Positions 26,059-39,669 of a stretch of DNA of 64,000 nt are shown here, piece by piece. Every line of letters begins with the position of its first letter. The stretch's first letter is position 1. A program made the translations under genes and the position numbers. Under the pieces are notes generated by a model, which was not told where the DNA came from, did not search any database, and saw only the letters and a program-made list of their open reading frames with translations. This DNA comes from Octopus sinensis (Eukaryota). The DNA is taken from assembly GCF_006345805.1 (NCBI RefSeq), contig NC_043015.1, positions 35,960,001 to 36,024,000 on the forward strand, in the 5' to 3' direction.

Positions 26059-27832
26059 GTAAATCTAAATATCTGAAGAATCTGGTCATAGTTTGGTCAA
26101 TAAAACATTTCCTAGCACTTTTTTATAATTAGCTTGACATATGTAATAACCTTCAGAATAGAATGATAAGATGGCGGTTATACAGCAATCTTAATTCTGG
26201 ATAATATTGAGATGTTCCAAGTTATTGTAGTCTTATAAGATGATGTGAACTGATTCATTTAGGTATTAAATAACACAATAACTTTGTTGCAGGCAGTGAG
26301 ACGCAAACCAGATTTGGGACTTAAACAGGAAGGCAGGCGCGCAACTAGCGTTATGCCCAAGACGCAACTTGACCTTATGAAATATGAAAGATTGTAGCTT
26401 ATATTAATCGGAGAATATTGTTCTGGGAAAACAATAGACAACATCGCCAAAGGTAAACATTATTGTTATGCAGATTTCGTACTAGAGTTTGTTAATTTGA
26501 TACATTGGTAACGTGCGTGGAATCTGATTATGATGCGAGATGGAGTAAAGAATCTGATAGTTAAGAATGAGGGGAAGACAGAATAGTGAGGCTAGTTCAA
26601 TCAACGCGAAGAGTGAATAGTCTAAAGTTTATTGGTAGAAAGAGGAATCTTGTGTGTGTCAGATGGGCAGCGAATGATAGTAATCTCTCTCTCGTAGTCC
26701 GAGGAAGACAGTTCTGCAAGCGACCTGCACACATTTGCTCTATAGTCATCAAATTTTGTGTTGTACGTTATTAGTTCTTTCTCTCCATCAAATTCAGGTC
26801 AAGTGTCGAATGTTTTGCTCGGGAGGGTAGTGAATGATGTAAGTTTAATTCATGCAAATTGTAGACAACCCAAGTTTTAATGTGAATAATAAAGTGACAA
26901 GTTTAATTGTCGTGAAGAATGAATAATATCAAATCTAATTGAGGTTAGTAGAGAATAATATCGTGTTTAGTTAAAGTTAGCAGTGATTAAATTCGTGTTC
27001 AGTTGACGGTAACAGTGAATATTATGGTAATTAATTTAGGTTTTAATAGAATGATCTCGTATTAAAATCGAAGTTATTTGTTAATAATTCCACGCTTAAA
27101 TGCTGGTGGTAATTTATCTCGTGTTTAGTTGAATATAGGAGCGAATATTATAGAAATTTATAGAGTAATGGAGGGGGGTATAATTCTCATGGTTAATTGG
27201 CGTGAGTAATTAATCCCGCATTTCAAATACTCTTTCATTTTGGTATAAGAAAGACAGAAAAAGTAGCGGTTCTCTACGGGCATCATAGAGCTCAAAACAA
27301 GCAACAGCTCCATAGTAACACAATCGTGACATATTCCATGCATCAAAAGGAATTGTATTTCAGTGTTATATGTATTCAGAAACAAAATCTCCGATGACAT
27401 TCGAACGGATAACTAACTCAAATGTAACGTAGATATCATTTTTCAAAATAATAATATCGTGGTTATGTTATTAAACATTCATGCTAATCCATGTCCAGCC
27501 ATTTTCCAAGTGCAGACATACGGACTTACGTGTTGCACTTCCTCACGTTGCATTTATTGTTGTTGATTAATTTGACTGAGAACTTCTAAGACGAAGGGAA
27601 TTCCAGTCATAACAATACTTTGGTTGCATACATAAAAACACAGTCTCATACACATACGTAGACACACAAGCACAGACACATTCAAACACACACACAGACA
27701 CACACATGTATGAATGATAACGTGAGAACTGAAATTTTAAATATCAGCTGCACTTGAAGAGGTGCCTCGTCGGGCCAAAAGAATGAGCGACTTCTACATG
27801 ACATAGACCATATATACGCTAAGAATCTAATT

Positions 27833-27870
<38 letters not shown>

Positions 27871-27948
27871 GTGTGTGGATATATATACGTATGTATATAT
27901 TACCTATATATATATGTATGTATGCATGTATGCATGTATGTATGTTTA

Positions 27949-28005
<57 letters not shown>

Positions 28006-28776
28006 ATGTGGGTGTATGTAATGCAGATGAAACCGTTTGGGTTTCATATAAAAATATGCATATATATAGTGAGAGACAAGAAGTGAAAATATTCAGTAGA
28101 TGAACACTTGTGTATAAGAATATCGATATTTATATATTTACCTAACTAATTTACCTGGAGTACAAAATAGCAGAAAACTAAGATTTGAGAGCATGCGATT
28201 TGAATTTCCCTAGTTTCGGATCTTTCCAGCCTGAAGACGGACACCCGGTTTACGGTAACACATATATGCATCCTCTAATAGTTCCATATTTTGGCCTGTT
28301 GCACCCCACTCAAATCTGTTACATTATGACTATTACAGAATTTCGAGCCATCGGAAACAGCTGTCTGACTTGAAAGGGCAGGCCCTTTCCATTGAATATC
28401 TCTATCCTTTTTGTACTCCATTTAAATATCTTCCGCAAATACATAAATATCTATAAGCTTTTAGACGTGTGTCCATGTGAATATTTTTAGATTTACATGT
28501 GTATATGTATGTTTGTATATATGTATACTTTCTATTAGCTAAACCTAAGTGCGTTTATCTGCATCACTATTTCCATATAAGCTTACTTGGATTCCTCTTA
28601 TAGCGACTCAATAACCCGCTGATTTTGTCCATGATAGAGATTAAATCATTTGTGTTTTACTACGTTTTTCTTGTACTGAGCGTATCTGGATCATACATGT
28701 TGACTATATATGTGTGTGTGTTTTAGCCACTACACACAATTTTTTCTCTCTTTCGCTCCTTGTTTTTTCTGTTTCC

Positions 28777-28812
28777 CTTTCTGTAGAAGAGCGTAGGCTC
28801 GAAACGTAAAAG
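28777..28812 (+). ncRNA. Ultra-minimal hammerhead variant inside a dispersed repeat (about 28725-28900)
   Basis: Stem I CTTT/AAAG; CTGTAGA (A6 replaced by T); extra A; stem II GAGC-gtag-GCTC; GAAA; stem III reduced to the palindrome ACGT; GTA triplet. Confidence 0.5.
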
Positions 28813-28897
28813 ACTTTTCTATTCCTCACCGTTATACTAATACATCTGTTTGTTTTGTATACCACCGTCTTCGTCTTTTGTTTTTTCATAAACTCTC

Positions 28898-28937
<40 letters not shown>

Positions 28938-29362
28938 TATACAAATACCCACACACATACACGTTTTGTATATATATGGATATATATACACGTACACACC
29001 CACGCACACACCCATGCACACACATACACGTATATGTGTTTATATATTACAATTGCAATAGAGACAATGAAGAGGAATGACTTACAAACTGCCTGACCTC
29101 GTACAGCCAAAGCAAAGACAAAATCTTTAAATTTTATGTAGACTTGTTGCTATAGAGTAACGCATGAAATATAATCGAATCCAAACCTAAAACAATAATA
29201 TAATTAATTCACAAAATAGATCAGGATTACATTTTCCAGCCAGAACGAAAATCTACAAGAGTGCACAGAGAACATGGTTCAGCGATTCTATAGCTTCATA
29301 TGATATGTAAAGTTCCCACTAGAATAATAATAATAATAAAATAATAATAATAATAATAATAA

Positions 29363-29393
<31 letters not shown>

Positions 29394-29619
29394 AAGAAGA
29401 AGAAGAAGAGAAGAAGAAGTAGAAGAAGAAGAAGAATGATAATAATAATAATAATAAATATTATTATTATTTTTACTGATGAAATTTTTCCAGGCATATA
29501 TAACAGAATTTCACTTGTATATTTGGCAAATCGGAACGCCAAAGCGTAGACTATTTCATCCGGAATAATGCGTATGTATGTCAAGAGATACATATATATA
29601 CACACACATGTATATATGT

Positions 29620-29684
<65 letters not shown>

Positions 29685-29738
29685 TATATATATATTATAT
29701 TATATATATATAATATATATATATAATATATATATATA

Positions 29739-29770
<32 letters not shown>

Positions 29771-29819
29771 TTATATATGTATATATATATATGTATATAT
29801 ATATATGCATATCTGTATA

Positions 29820-29854
<35 letters not shown>

Positions 29855-29972
29855 TAGAGAGAGAGAGAGAGAGGGAGAGAGAGAGATAAATAGATAATAC
29901 ACATAGATAGCTAGGCAACAAGATTGTTAGACAGATATGCACACACACACATCTATATGTGTGTGTGCTTAG

Positions 29973-30077
<105 letters not shown>

Positions 30078-31961
30078 TGTACATATATCATAGATATATC
30101 CAGACTTATATAGACAATATTACAAAAAACTAAAAAAATGTCACGCGCCTTGGAAAGACTATCAAATTCTCAACTAATTGAAGTTTATTAAATTTTATGA
30201 AATCTTGTCTCTATAGGGTGGCTTGATAGACCGAGCGAGGCTAAAATATAATTATTTCATAAAATAAATGAGGTATGATTCTTCTAGTGTACATAATGAA
30301 TGTGGTTCAGTGAAATGCAACAACGTACTCTTAACAATATTAACTGATAAAGAAACAAATATATCTGGAAGCATATATTTTCCAGTCATACATATTTGTA
30401 TTGTATTGCAATGATGTGCGCTTGGGTGCGGGAGAATAAGTGTAAATACACACACACACGCACACACAAACACACACACACACACGCGCACACACACACA
30501 CATATATATATATAAATATTTAATAATACAATGTATGCATAGATATATATATATTAATACATATATATACACACATATATATATATATATGAATAATATA
30601 TGTGTGTGTGTGTATGTGCGTGTGTGTATTATATATTAGGAATGTATCTGCATGTGAATTTCTATTTGTGTACAAGACTACGCATGACTGCGTATACACA
30701 AACATACATTCAGACTTATATACAGATACATATATACATCATAAATGTATATATATATATCTTGTTATATTATATGAAATCATATTATAGTATATTATAT
30801 GAATGTATGTGTTTTTGTGTCACTGACTTCGTATATGTTGATGCAACACATTTGGCATTTAAAACTGATATGTTCCAATGTTTCATAGATATATCGCTTC
30901 GAATTGTGGCTCTCCTACATATAACTATCTTAATCATATACTTGATATGTTTATCTATTATCTGTTTCACTCATTTGACTGTGGCTACGCTGAAGCTCCA
31001 CCTTAAACAATATTTAACGAAAGAATTAACACAAGAAATTATCTTATCGATCGATCTTTGGCTGAACTGCTAAGTTACAGGAATGTAAGCGCAACAAAAC
31101 CGGTTGCTAAGAAGCGGTGGATACACACACACTCTCTCTCGCCCTCTCTGTTTGTCTGTCTGCCTGTCTGTCTATCCGTCTGTCTGTCTCTGTCTGTCTG
31201 TCTGTCTGTCTATCTCTCTCTCTCTCTCTTTCTTACACACACGCATATATAAATATATATATATTAGAAGAAATGAAGTACTCAGAAACCTGGATGGTTT
31301 TATATTTACAGATATTTATTAATAAGTCACATGTTTTTATAAATCATATATTAGAGCTTGCGTCCACTCTAGTGGAGATGTACAGAAAAAGAAAAGTTGA
31401 AAAAACACAGAAGATTTGCTTTATAGGCTTAAGAAGTATATTAGGGTCATAATAAAAACGACATTATACAATTTTGTACAAAAGATTTTGTTCTTTCAAC
31501 ATACTTACAAGGGGAAATAATTCTTCACTTATTTATTTCATAGTAAAGTGTCTGGGGGCAAATTTGCAATTTTTATCTTAGGTTTCTATTTCATTCTGGC
31601 TTATATCTTACAATAGACGGGGTTAGTCTTTTATTTTTAAAATGTGTTCATATTTAATTCTGGTTTACACTTTTGGATAAATTAGGCTTCTATATTTAGT
31701 CGTACTTGTGTTAACGTCGAGAAAACAAGTTGGTAAAAGGAAAAAATTACGCATTGGGGTGGTAATCGTTCTGCACATTCGTCTATGTGTTGACTGCGAT
31801 AAGTTTGGTGATATTGTGGGGAAGGATATTTGTTGTTTGTGGAGTGTACATCTCTGTCTGACCGACGTTCATGTCGATCCAGTATAGTTTCGATGTCAGT
31901 CCGAGCATCTGATTACGTGAATGCTTCTTTGTTTCTGGAGTTGTATGCGGACACACACGCA

Positions 31962-32016
<55 letters not shown>

Positions 32017-32545
32017 ACAAACATATATACATATATATGAGTTTTATTATATACAGTATTAAAAGTAGCTAACTCTAATTTTTGGGAATATAGTTCCTTC
32101 GGCACGCTCACTCACGATTAGTGCCGATAAACTTTATCCTTTATAGTTTTATATGGCACCTAGCAGTTTATATTGTTAACGGTTATTTTTAATACTATTC
32201 TCGCTGGATTGTGTGTTCGTTTCTCTTTTGCATTGCAAAACTGTTATTTTAATGAGTTGCATTTATTTATCTCCCGACGAGATACATCTGCATCGCCGGA
32301 TGCTCCTGGAACAGTTGTTGAGTGTCCGACCCATGAGGGATCGGTGCTAGATGTGTCGAATCAATTGTCGTGATCAATAATAACCTCTCGTATATTCCAT
32401 CTTCTGCGGCCATGCTAGTGCACCACATTTAAGAATTTTAGCCGAAAAAATAAATCACAATGCCTTTTCGCTTAAGCCTGGTATCTATAAGGGTCAGTGT
32501 GCGTGCGCATACACATATGTATGTATGCATGTATATGTGTGTGTT

Positions 32546-32583
<38 letters not shown>

Positions 32584-32938
32584 GTGTGTGTGTGTGTGTG
32601 TACGTTCGTGTGTGTACGTTCGTCTGTATGTATTCTGCATGTTCATGTGGTTGTATGTGTGTACCTCTATCTCCTTGTGTGTGCATGTCTGAGTATGGGT
32701 ATGTCTATGGTGTGAACCCATACACAGACACACTCAAAGATGCACACACAAAGAGAGAGATGTACACACACACGCACACTGACCCACACATGCGCACAAA
32801 CAAACAAAAGAGTACGAACAGTCAACGACTATTTAAATGTTGGAAGCGGCCAAGAAAATTTTAGAAAAAATGAGTGGAAGCTGAACCGGTGCGTGTGTTG
32901 AATAATAAGGCACTAAAAGAGAGTGAGACTCCTCAGAC

Positions 32939-33011
<73 letters not shown>

Positions 33012-33120
33012 TTTAAAAATTGAGGGAGATAAATTAATATTAATTTTAATATCAATTTAAAACCAGTAGTCCAGCATTCAAAAAATCTGAGGAGTCAGAG
33101 AAAATTCAAATATATGTGTA

Positions 33121-33288
33121 TATCGGCAGGGCTGGCCTGCTAGGTAGCCGGCCAGAATGCTAGAAAAAGATCATCAACGATCAAACTACAAGGGAAATTC
33201 TCTAGAGGAAGAGAATTCCCTTGTAGTTTGATCGTTGATGATCTTTTTCTAGCATTCTGGCCGGCTACCTAGCAGGCCAGCCCTGCCA

Positions 33289-33291
<3 letters not shown>
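33121..33291. repeat. 171-bp near-perfect GC-rich palindrome embedded in TA-rich sequence
   Basis: Arms 33121-33203 and 33210-33291 differ by one substitution and one indel; spacer AGAGGA. Confidence 0.97.
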
Positions 33292-33375
<84 letters not shown>

Positions 33376-33689
33376 CCAGAGTAAGCACATAAATGCGAAA
33401 CAAGGTGGAAAAGATAGTACTCGAATACCAGAGGTAGAGTAACATGCTGCATTATAAGGCAGTAAAAATATCACAGAAACTATTACACAGCATTTCACGT
33501 TCCCGTGAAAATAAAAATGAAAATATAAATAATAAAAATAAACTTTAAATTAAATTTATAAAACAGTCGAAGGCTTTCTTAAAACTGAAGTCGCAATATA
33601 TATTGGCGTTGCGATGCAAAATAACTCTACCGTGTAAAATCAAATTCAAATGTGACAGTCAAGAAATATATTTCGAAAGTCAAAACATT

Positions 33690-34150
33690 TTAACCATACG
33701 GTATTTTGTCGGTTGACATTTTAAATTTTGTGGCGTTTCTGCAGGAATTTAAGAGCTCTCGACTCTGGTTCAAAGTATTTATACCCTGGAACAGGATGAA
33801 GAACTTTTCAGAGAGGCAAATATGACATTTCATAGGTATGTTATAAGCTCCATGTCTGTATGGTGAAGCTTTATCTAGAATTTTCCAGGTTTCATTGAAA
33901 GGATGTGTGTCATTCTCTTTCAATTCCCAGACGTACTTTGCAAGACTAGTCGCTGTCTTGTTCTCGGGATATCGGAAAGAAGAATCGAGTCTTGAATGAA
34001 TTCTCTGAAGACCCTGTATATGTTTCATATTCTTGCGAGCCATTTGCACTTTGGCCCATAAACAATACCTTTTCCAATACATTTGCCTTCCAACGGACAG
34101 CAAGTCTCATTAACTTGATTATACTGGATCTTCTCCGATAATCCAATTTT
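33690..34150 (-). mobile_element. Penelope-like element, GIY-YIG endonuclease 3' fragment
   Basis: Frames give YETYTGSSENSFKTRF and SSFR.PENKTATSLAKYVWELKEND..WKIL..CHICLSEKFFIL..NTLNQSRELLNSCR, typical of the PLE GIY-YIG C-terminus. Confidence 0.85.
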
Positions 34151-34214
34151 CCTTAATGCATGATTGTAATACGGCGCAGTATTTTGAAATGCCGTCTCAT
34201 CCGAAGAAATTGAT

Positions 34215-34385
34215 GATATACGCCTTCCTTACATTACAAACTAGATGACCTTGGATAGCAAGAGGTCAAGTTGTCCTTTGAAAGCATCTACCCTTACTCC
34301 ATGAAGATCCCTCAGAGGATTTGGCAAAGCATTAAATATTTGTGGACCTTTGAATCCCAAGCTATCGAAGCATATGCTTCTAACT
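34215..34385 (-). mobile_element. CR1-like LINE 3' fragment
   Basis: SLGFKGPQIFNALPNPLRDLHGVRVDAFKGQLDLLLSKV matches the recalled CR1/L2 ORF2 terminal pattern. Confidence 0.75.
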
Positions 34386-34387
34386 CT

Positions 34388-34427
<40 letters not shown>

Positions 34428-34727
34428 ATATATATATATATATATATCATTTATATACGCACATACATGCCTACATACATACGTACATACATACATATCG
34501 ATTACTTGTATCTGTTGGCTATTCTTCCGCCGTAAATGTATTTCCTGAGATTTTCGAGCCGAAATTTAAATCAGGGGATGATTGTATTTCTCTTTGTGAC
34601 TCTGCTGATAACAAAATTACTGGAGTACCTTACACATATACAATTGTTATTTCAGTATGGAATTCATATCTTTTATACGAGCAATAAAATGTTTTCTACA
34701 TCTTGTGTTGTTGAGGGAGGGCATTGA

Positions 34728-34814
<87 letters not shown>

Positions 34815-35577
34815 CATCTATCTATCTATTTATCTATATATGTCTATCCATCTATTTATCTATCTATCTGTCTATCTATTTATCTATTTCTTTCTCTTTC
34901 TCTCTCTCTCTCTTTATATATACATACATATACATACATGAATGTGTGCATGTATGTATATGCATCTACATATATAGACAATAAAAGAGAGAAAGGGAAA
35001 GCGAGAAAAAGGCAGGGACGAATCCTTAGCTTCTCAATGTCCCCCCTCTTATCTTTGCTATATTCTCCGAGGCCGTGCTTAAAATATATTCTTCATAATC
35101 CTATATCTCATTCTCTCTTTAATTTCCCTCTCGTATATGAATGTTTATATATGCATACAAACACACACGGACATACATGTAGATTTACACACACACACAC
35201 ACACACACATACACACACACACGCACACACACACGCACACACACGCACATATGCTCAGAGAATCTATCATTGCTATGGAACTTTATAAGATCTCAGGCTA
35301 ATGAAAATATACCATAACAACATAACACACCATATAAACGCTATGAAATCCCCAAGAAGAATAACAACGATGTTTCTGATGTTGCTGTTGTTTGTTGCTA
35401 TTATTATTTGTTTAAAATTTTTTTTTTGTTGAGGATGAACGCTCTGTAATGTTGCCTCGGCGGTCGTTAGCGATTCACTTCCTTTTCTTGTTGTTTTATT
35501 ACAGAATAAATACACACATATTCATATATGTCTATATGTATGTCGTCAACATACATACATATATATATGTGTGAGTG

Positions 35578-35625
<48 letters not shown>

Positions 35626-35763
35626 TATACATATATGGGTGTGTGTGTGTGTGCGTGTGTGTATATATATATGTATATATATTTATATATGTAGATATAT
35701 ATATATGTACATATCATAATATATACTATAATATATATATATATGTATATATATTATATATAT

Positions 35764-35824
<61 letters not shown>

Positions 35825-36739
35825 ATGTATGTATGTATGTTGACGACATATGAAAGTATGAACAAACGACCAATACATTATCCCAGCTATAAACACAGAA
35901 ATAAAGAATAGAAAACCAACACAGATCTCTCCATTGGGCTTTTACAAGCTGTGAATTATAATACACAAACCAAGAACGTGTTGTAGAAATGAACGCGTAG
36001 AGGCACTGAGCAATCAGCATAATATAAATGTATCTGTTATTTTCTTCTGGAAACTAGCCATCTCCGAAATTTTGCAGTTACATATGCTTTCTATATATTG
36101 CATGTCGTTTATCTTCATCTAATCCGCTGAGATTATTCTTATTTCGATTTTCTAAGAATTCAAACAGCATGCATATTGGCGTCGTCTCTCCGTTGTTTAT
36201 ACTCTGCTGGATTATGTTCTGAGATAAGATGGTGCTTTACTATCTAAATCAAATGCAGTCCATTTTCTTTTAGATTCCTCACGCATACTTTTGCAGGTGT
36301 AGATTAAATGGAGATCCGTGTAATGCACATCAATGGAATACCATGACACCCTCGGAATCTTCAATAGCGACGGGAACAGCCTACTACTTAACATAAAAAC
36401 CTGTGTGCTTGTATGCGTGTATGTATGCTTGCATTTACGTAGATATGCATGTATGTATGTATGTATGTGTATGTATGTATGTATGTTTGTATGTGTGTGT
36501 GTGTATGTATGTATGTATGTACGATGTATGCATGTATGATTGTCCTGGGAAGGATATTAAACTGCTTTCTGGAAGAGGCATTAGTCCGAGAGTCCTGGAA
36601 TTGTGGGGAACGTGGAGTCATCTCTTAATTACCATTACACCCATGTCATGAGTATATGTACGATTAAATATATGTATATATTTATGAGTATATATATATG
36701 TATGTATTTATATATATATATATATATCCTTTGTTCTAT

Positions 36740-37620
36740 GATTGGCAATTTTGTTTTTATGATGTTAAAAATGTTTTGGTGAGGCGGATTTTGTGTTACT
36801 AGAAATGGTATTGTGCTTCTTTGATTGGTTCCTCTTTCTCATGTTGTCCTAAGTTGTTCTATTGGTATCTCTTTTGCTAGTTGTATCCTATTTTCTAAAA
36901 GAAGGAGAGGGTATTTTTGCTTGAGCAGAAATCGTTTGAGTTCTATCAGTTGTATGTTCCTTCTATTTGGATCATCTCATCGACTATAGTACAAATTTTT
37001 CTGGCTAGACAATGCGGGATGCTGCTTTTTGTGTGTGTGCTGGGTGGCATGATTTGGAATTTAGCTGCGTATATATGATTATATATGTTTTGATTTGCTC
37101 TTTTATTTATTTGTTCTTCTCTTGGGTGGAGACAGTGAGTTTCCAACAACTAAAAGTATCTAGATAACAACAATTATAATTGTTATATATCGATTTTTAC
37201 GGAAGTTTTATTCCTGTTATAAATTGTATTTGTAAATTTCCTCTCAACCGGTCTCTTCCTCCCACTCGAAAATTCTACCTCCTGCAGATTCTCCCTAAGT
37301 CACTTTCTGACATAACCAACTGTACGGATAACTATTGCAATGGGCGTGAATTTACAATCAGAGGAGAGGTTGCGGAGGTAGTCGTCCATAAATATTTACC
37401 CATTTCCTGATATTATATATGCAGAATTTTTTTTACTTCTACAGAGCAACACACAGTTATGAGTCTACATGTCCTTTCGTTCCGTATTAAACAACTGTTG
37501 TAAGTCTGTTATGTTTGTCCGTATTGGAAATTTTGATTAGAAGTTTCCCTCAATATTCCTCGAGTAGATATATATTGGAGGTATATTATTTAAGTTTCTC
37601 AGGAAGAAAGAGTAGAGCAT
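36740..37620 (-). mobile_element. Penelope-like reverse transcriptase remnant, heavily decayed
   Basis: NSKSCHPAHTKSSIPHCLARKICTIV corresponds to the PLE RT thumb motif (S.HP.HTK..IP..LARRI..IV); the rest is broken by stops and frameshifts, so boundaries are approximate. Confidence 0.6.
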
Positions 37621-37864
37621 TTTACCATTTACAAAGCCCCTTGATCTGCTGAGAGTAGGTAGGATTTAACTCTCAACCAGAGATCTGCACTGGAAGCTTG
37701 CAACAAAAAGAAACACTACTCTCCTACTCTGATCTACTGAAGCGACCTCTAAAGACCACTAGCGAGGTTGTCCGTGGCGGAATGTGAACACAGAATGCAG
37801 AGAGACAATACAAGTACCTGAGATACCTGTCAGATTATATGACAATTCAGCCAGTCCACAGCAG

Positions 37865-38005
37865 GGGTTTGATACTTACTTTATCGATTCTGAAAGGAAG
37901 AAAAGCAAACTCGACTTCGGCGTGGTTTGAATTCAGAACGCAAAGCAGTGGAATCTCTTTAGCTAAGCATTGTCTCCGATACTTTAAGAACGCTTGTTAG
38001 TTTGC
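37865..38005 (-). mobile_element. SINE family 1 fragment
   Basis: TACTTACTTTATCGA..AAAGCAAACTCGACTTCGGCG..TTTGAATTCAGAACG is the reverse complement of the family 1 body. Confidence 0.7.
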
Positions 38006-38352
38006 TGTCTATGTATGTGTAGGTGCATATATATATAAGTGTATATGCATGTATGTATATATATATGGATGTATGTATGCCTTTGTATGCATGTATATAT
38101 ATATATAAATGTATACACACACATATGTATGTGTGTATGCATCGATGGACGCATGACCGTGTGTATGTATGTGTATAAAATATAGATGCGTATATGTACG
38201 TACATGGATGTTTGTGAGTCAGTTTGTATATGTGTAAGTATATAGGTGTGTATATTAATGCATGTGTGAAATGCACTTTCCAAAGAATACTCACCAACCT
38301 AATTAGTTCCATCAAAATTAATTGTTCTCACTCATTTGCTGTTTCAATTCAG

Positions 38353-38396
38353 ATTCCTTTATACAGATACGTTGCTGTTGCAGCGAACACGGTGGC
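38353..38396 (+). CDS. Candidate 44-nt exon
   Basis: TGTTTCAATTCAG acceptor, GC|GTAAGC donor, open frame IPLYRYVAVAANTV, phase 0 to 2. Confidence 0.2.
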
Positions 38397-38462
38397 GTAA
38401 GCATCGAATATAATATTTCATAGCAATCCTCTTCCGTGCACACACACACAGATACATACACA

Positions 38463-38561
<99 letters not shown>

Positions 38562-38811
38562 GCACACACACATGGATGTATATGCACACAGAACACTGTG
38601 TCTGGACACATAGACACACACTCATCTACATATAAATGCGCACATAAATATAGTGTATATGTGCATGTATAAGCTGAAATACATACCGAAGAAAATACGC
38701 ACATACACTCTAACTCAGACATATACAATCGTACTTCCTCATACAGATATATGCACGGGTTATATATGTGTACATACAGAAGCACAATTACACTCACACA
38801 CACATGCAAAC

Positions 38812-38848
<37 letters not shown>

Positions 38849-39464
38849 TATGTATTTGTATATATGAAACATACGGAAACGCGCACATAGACATATGAAA
38901 TGTATCCACACATATACGTACACATACATTTATAATTGAACAGACGTACCGAAAGAATTTCACACACACACACACACTCACTCACTAACAAACACATACA
39001 ACCGTATACATGATCATATCCCTCTTTCTCTCTCTCTCTCACACACACACACGCACTGAGCATTTCTCACATGCCCAGCCACACACACACACGTATAACA
39101 TAGTCACGCCGCCGCTATCGTGAGTGTATAATGAAAGGATATATTTTCATGAACCGTCGATAATTATATAATAGTGACAGTAATGAAACAATAAAGAAGA
39201 AATATTACACTAATATGTGATTGTGATGTAGAAAATGTAGCAATATTAATGTTCCGCTGATAGTTTTAATAACAGTATTATTACTCCATTATGGTGGCCT
39301 AATAAATGTTTATAGAGCAATTTGCAAAATATCTTCAATATCATTCAACTATATCTGGGACTTTCGTACGTCTAGTGAGGCTCTGGATGCGCACATCAGA
39401 AGTTCGCATCCAAGTTGCACACTTGCACGTGAGTTTTTTATTTTGGTTTCCTTTTTTGTCCTAA

Positions 39465-39600
39465 AATGTTCGTTTCCCAACCATATAGTTCCGGGTTCAG
39501 TACCGTTGCGTGGTACCTTGGGCTAGTGTTTTCTACTATAGCCCCAGGCCGACCAAAGCCTTGTGAGTGGATTAGGCAGATGGAAACTGAAAGAAGCACG

Positions 39601-39603
<3 letters not shown>
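39465..39603 (+). mobile_element. SINE family 3, 5' part
   Basis: CCGGGTTCAGTACC..GCGTGGTACCTTGGGC.AGTGT..TCTACTATAG..GGCCGACCAAAGCCTTGTGAGTGGATT..GGAAACTGAAAGAAGC. Confidence 0.8.

Positions 39604-39669
<66 letters not shown>

Noticed and set aside
26463-27160. Possible solo LTR
   Set aside because: Starts with TGTT but has no clear terminal CA or unambiguous target-site duplication, and there is no second copy in the window.
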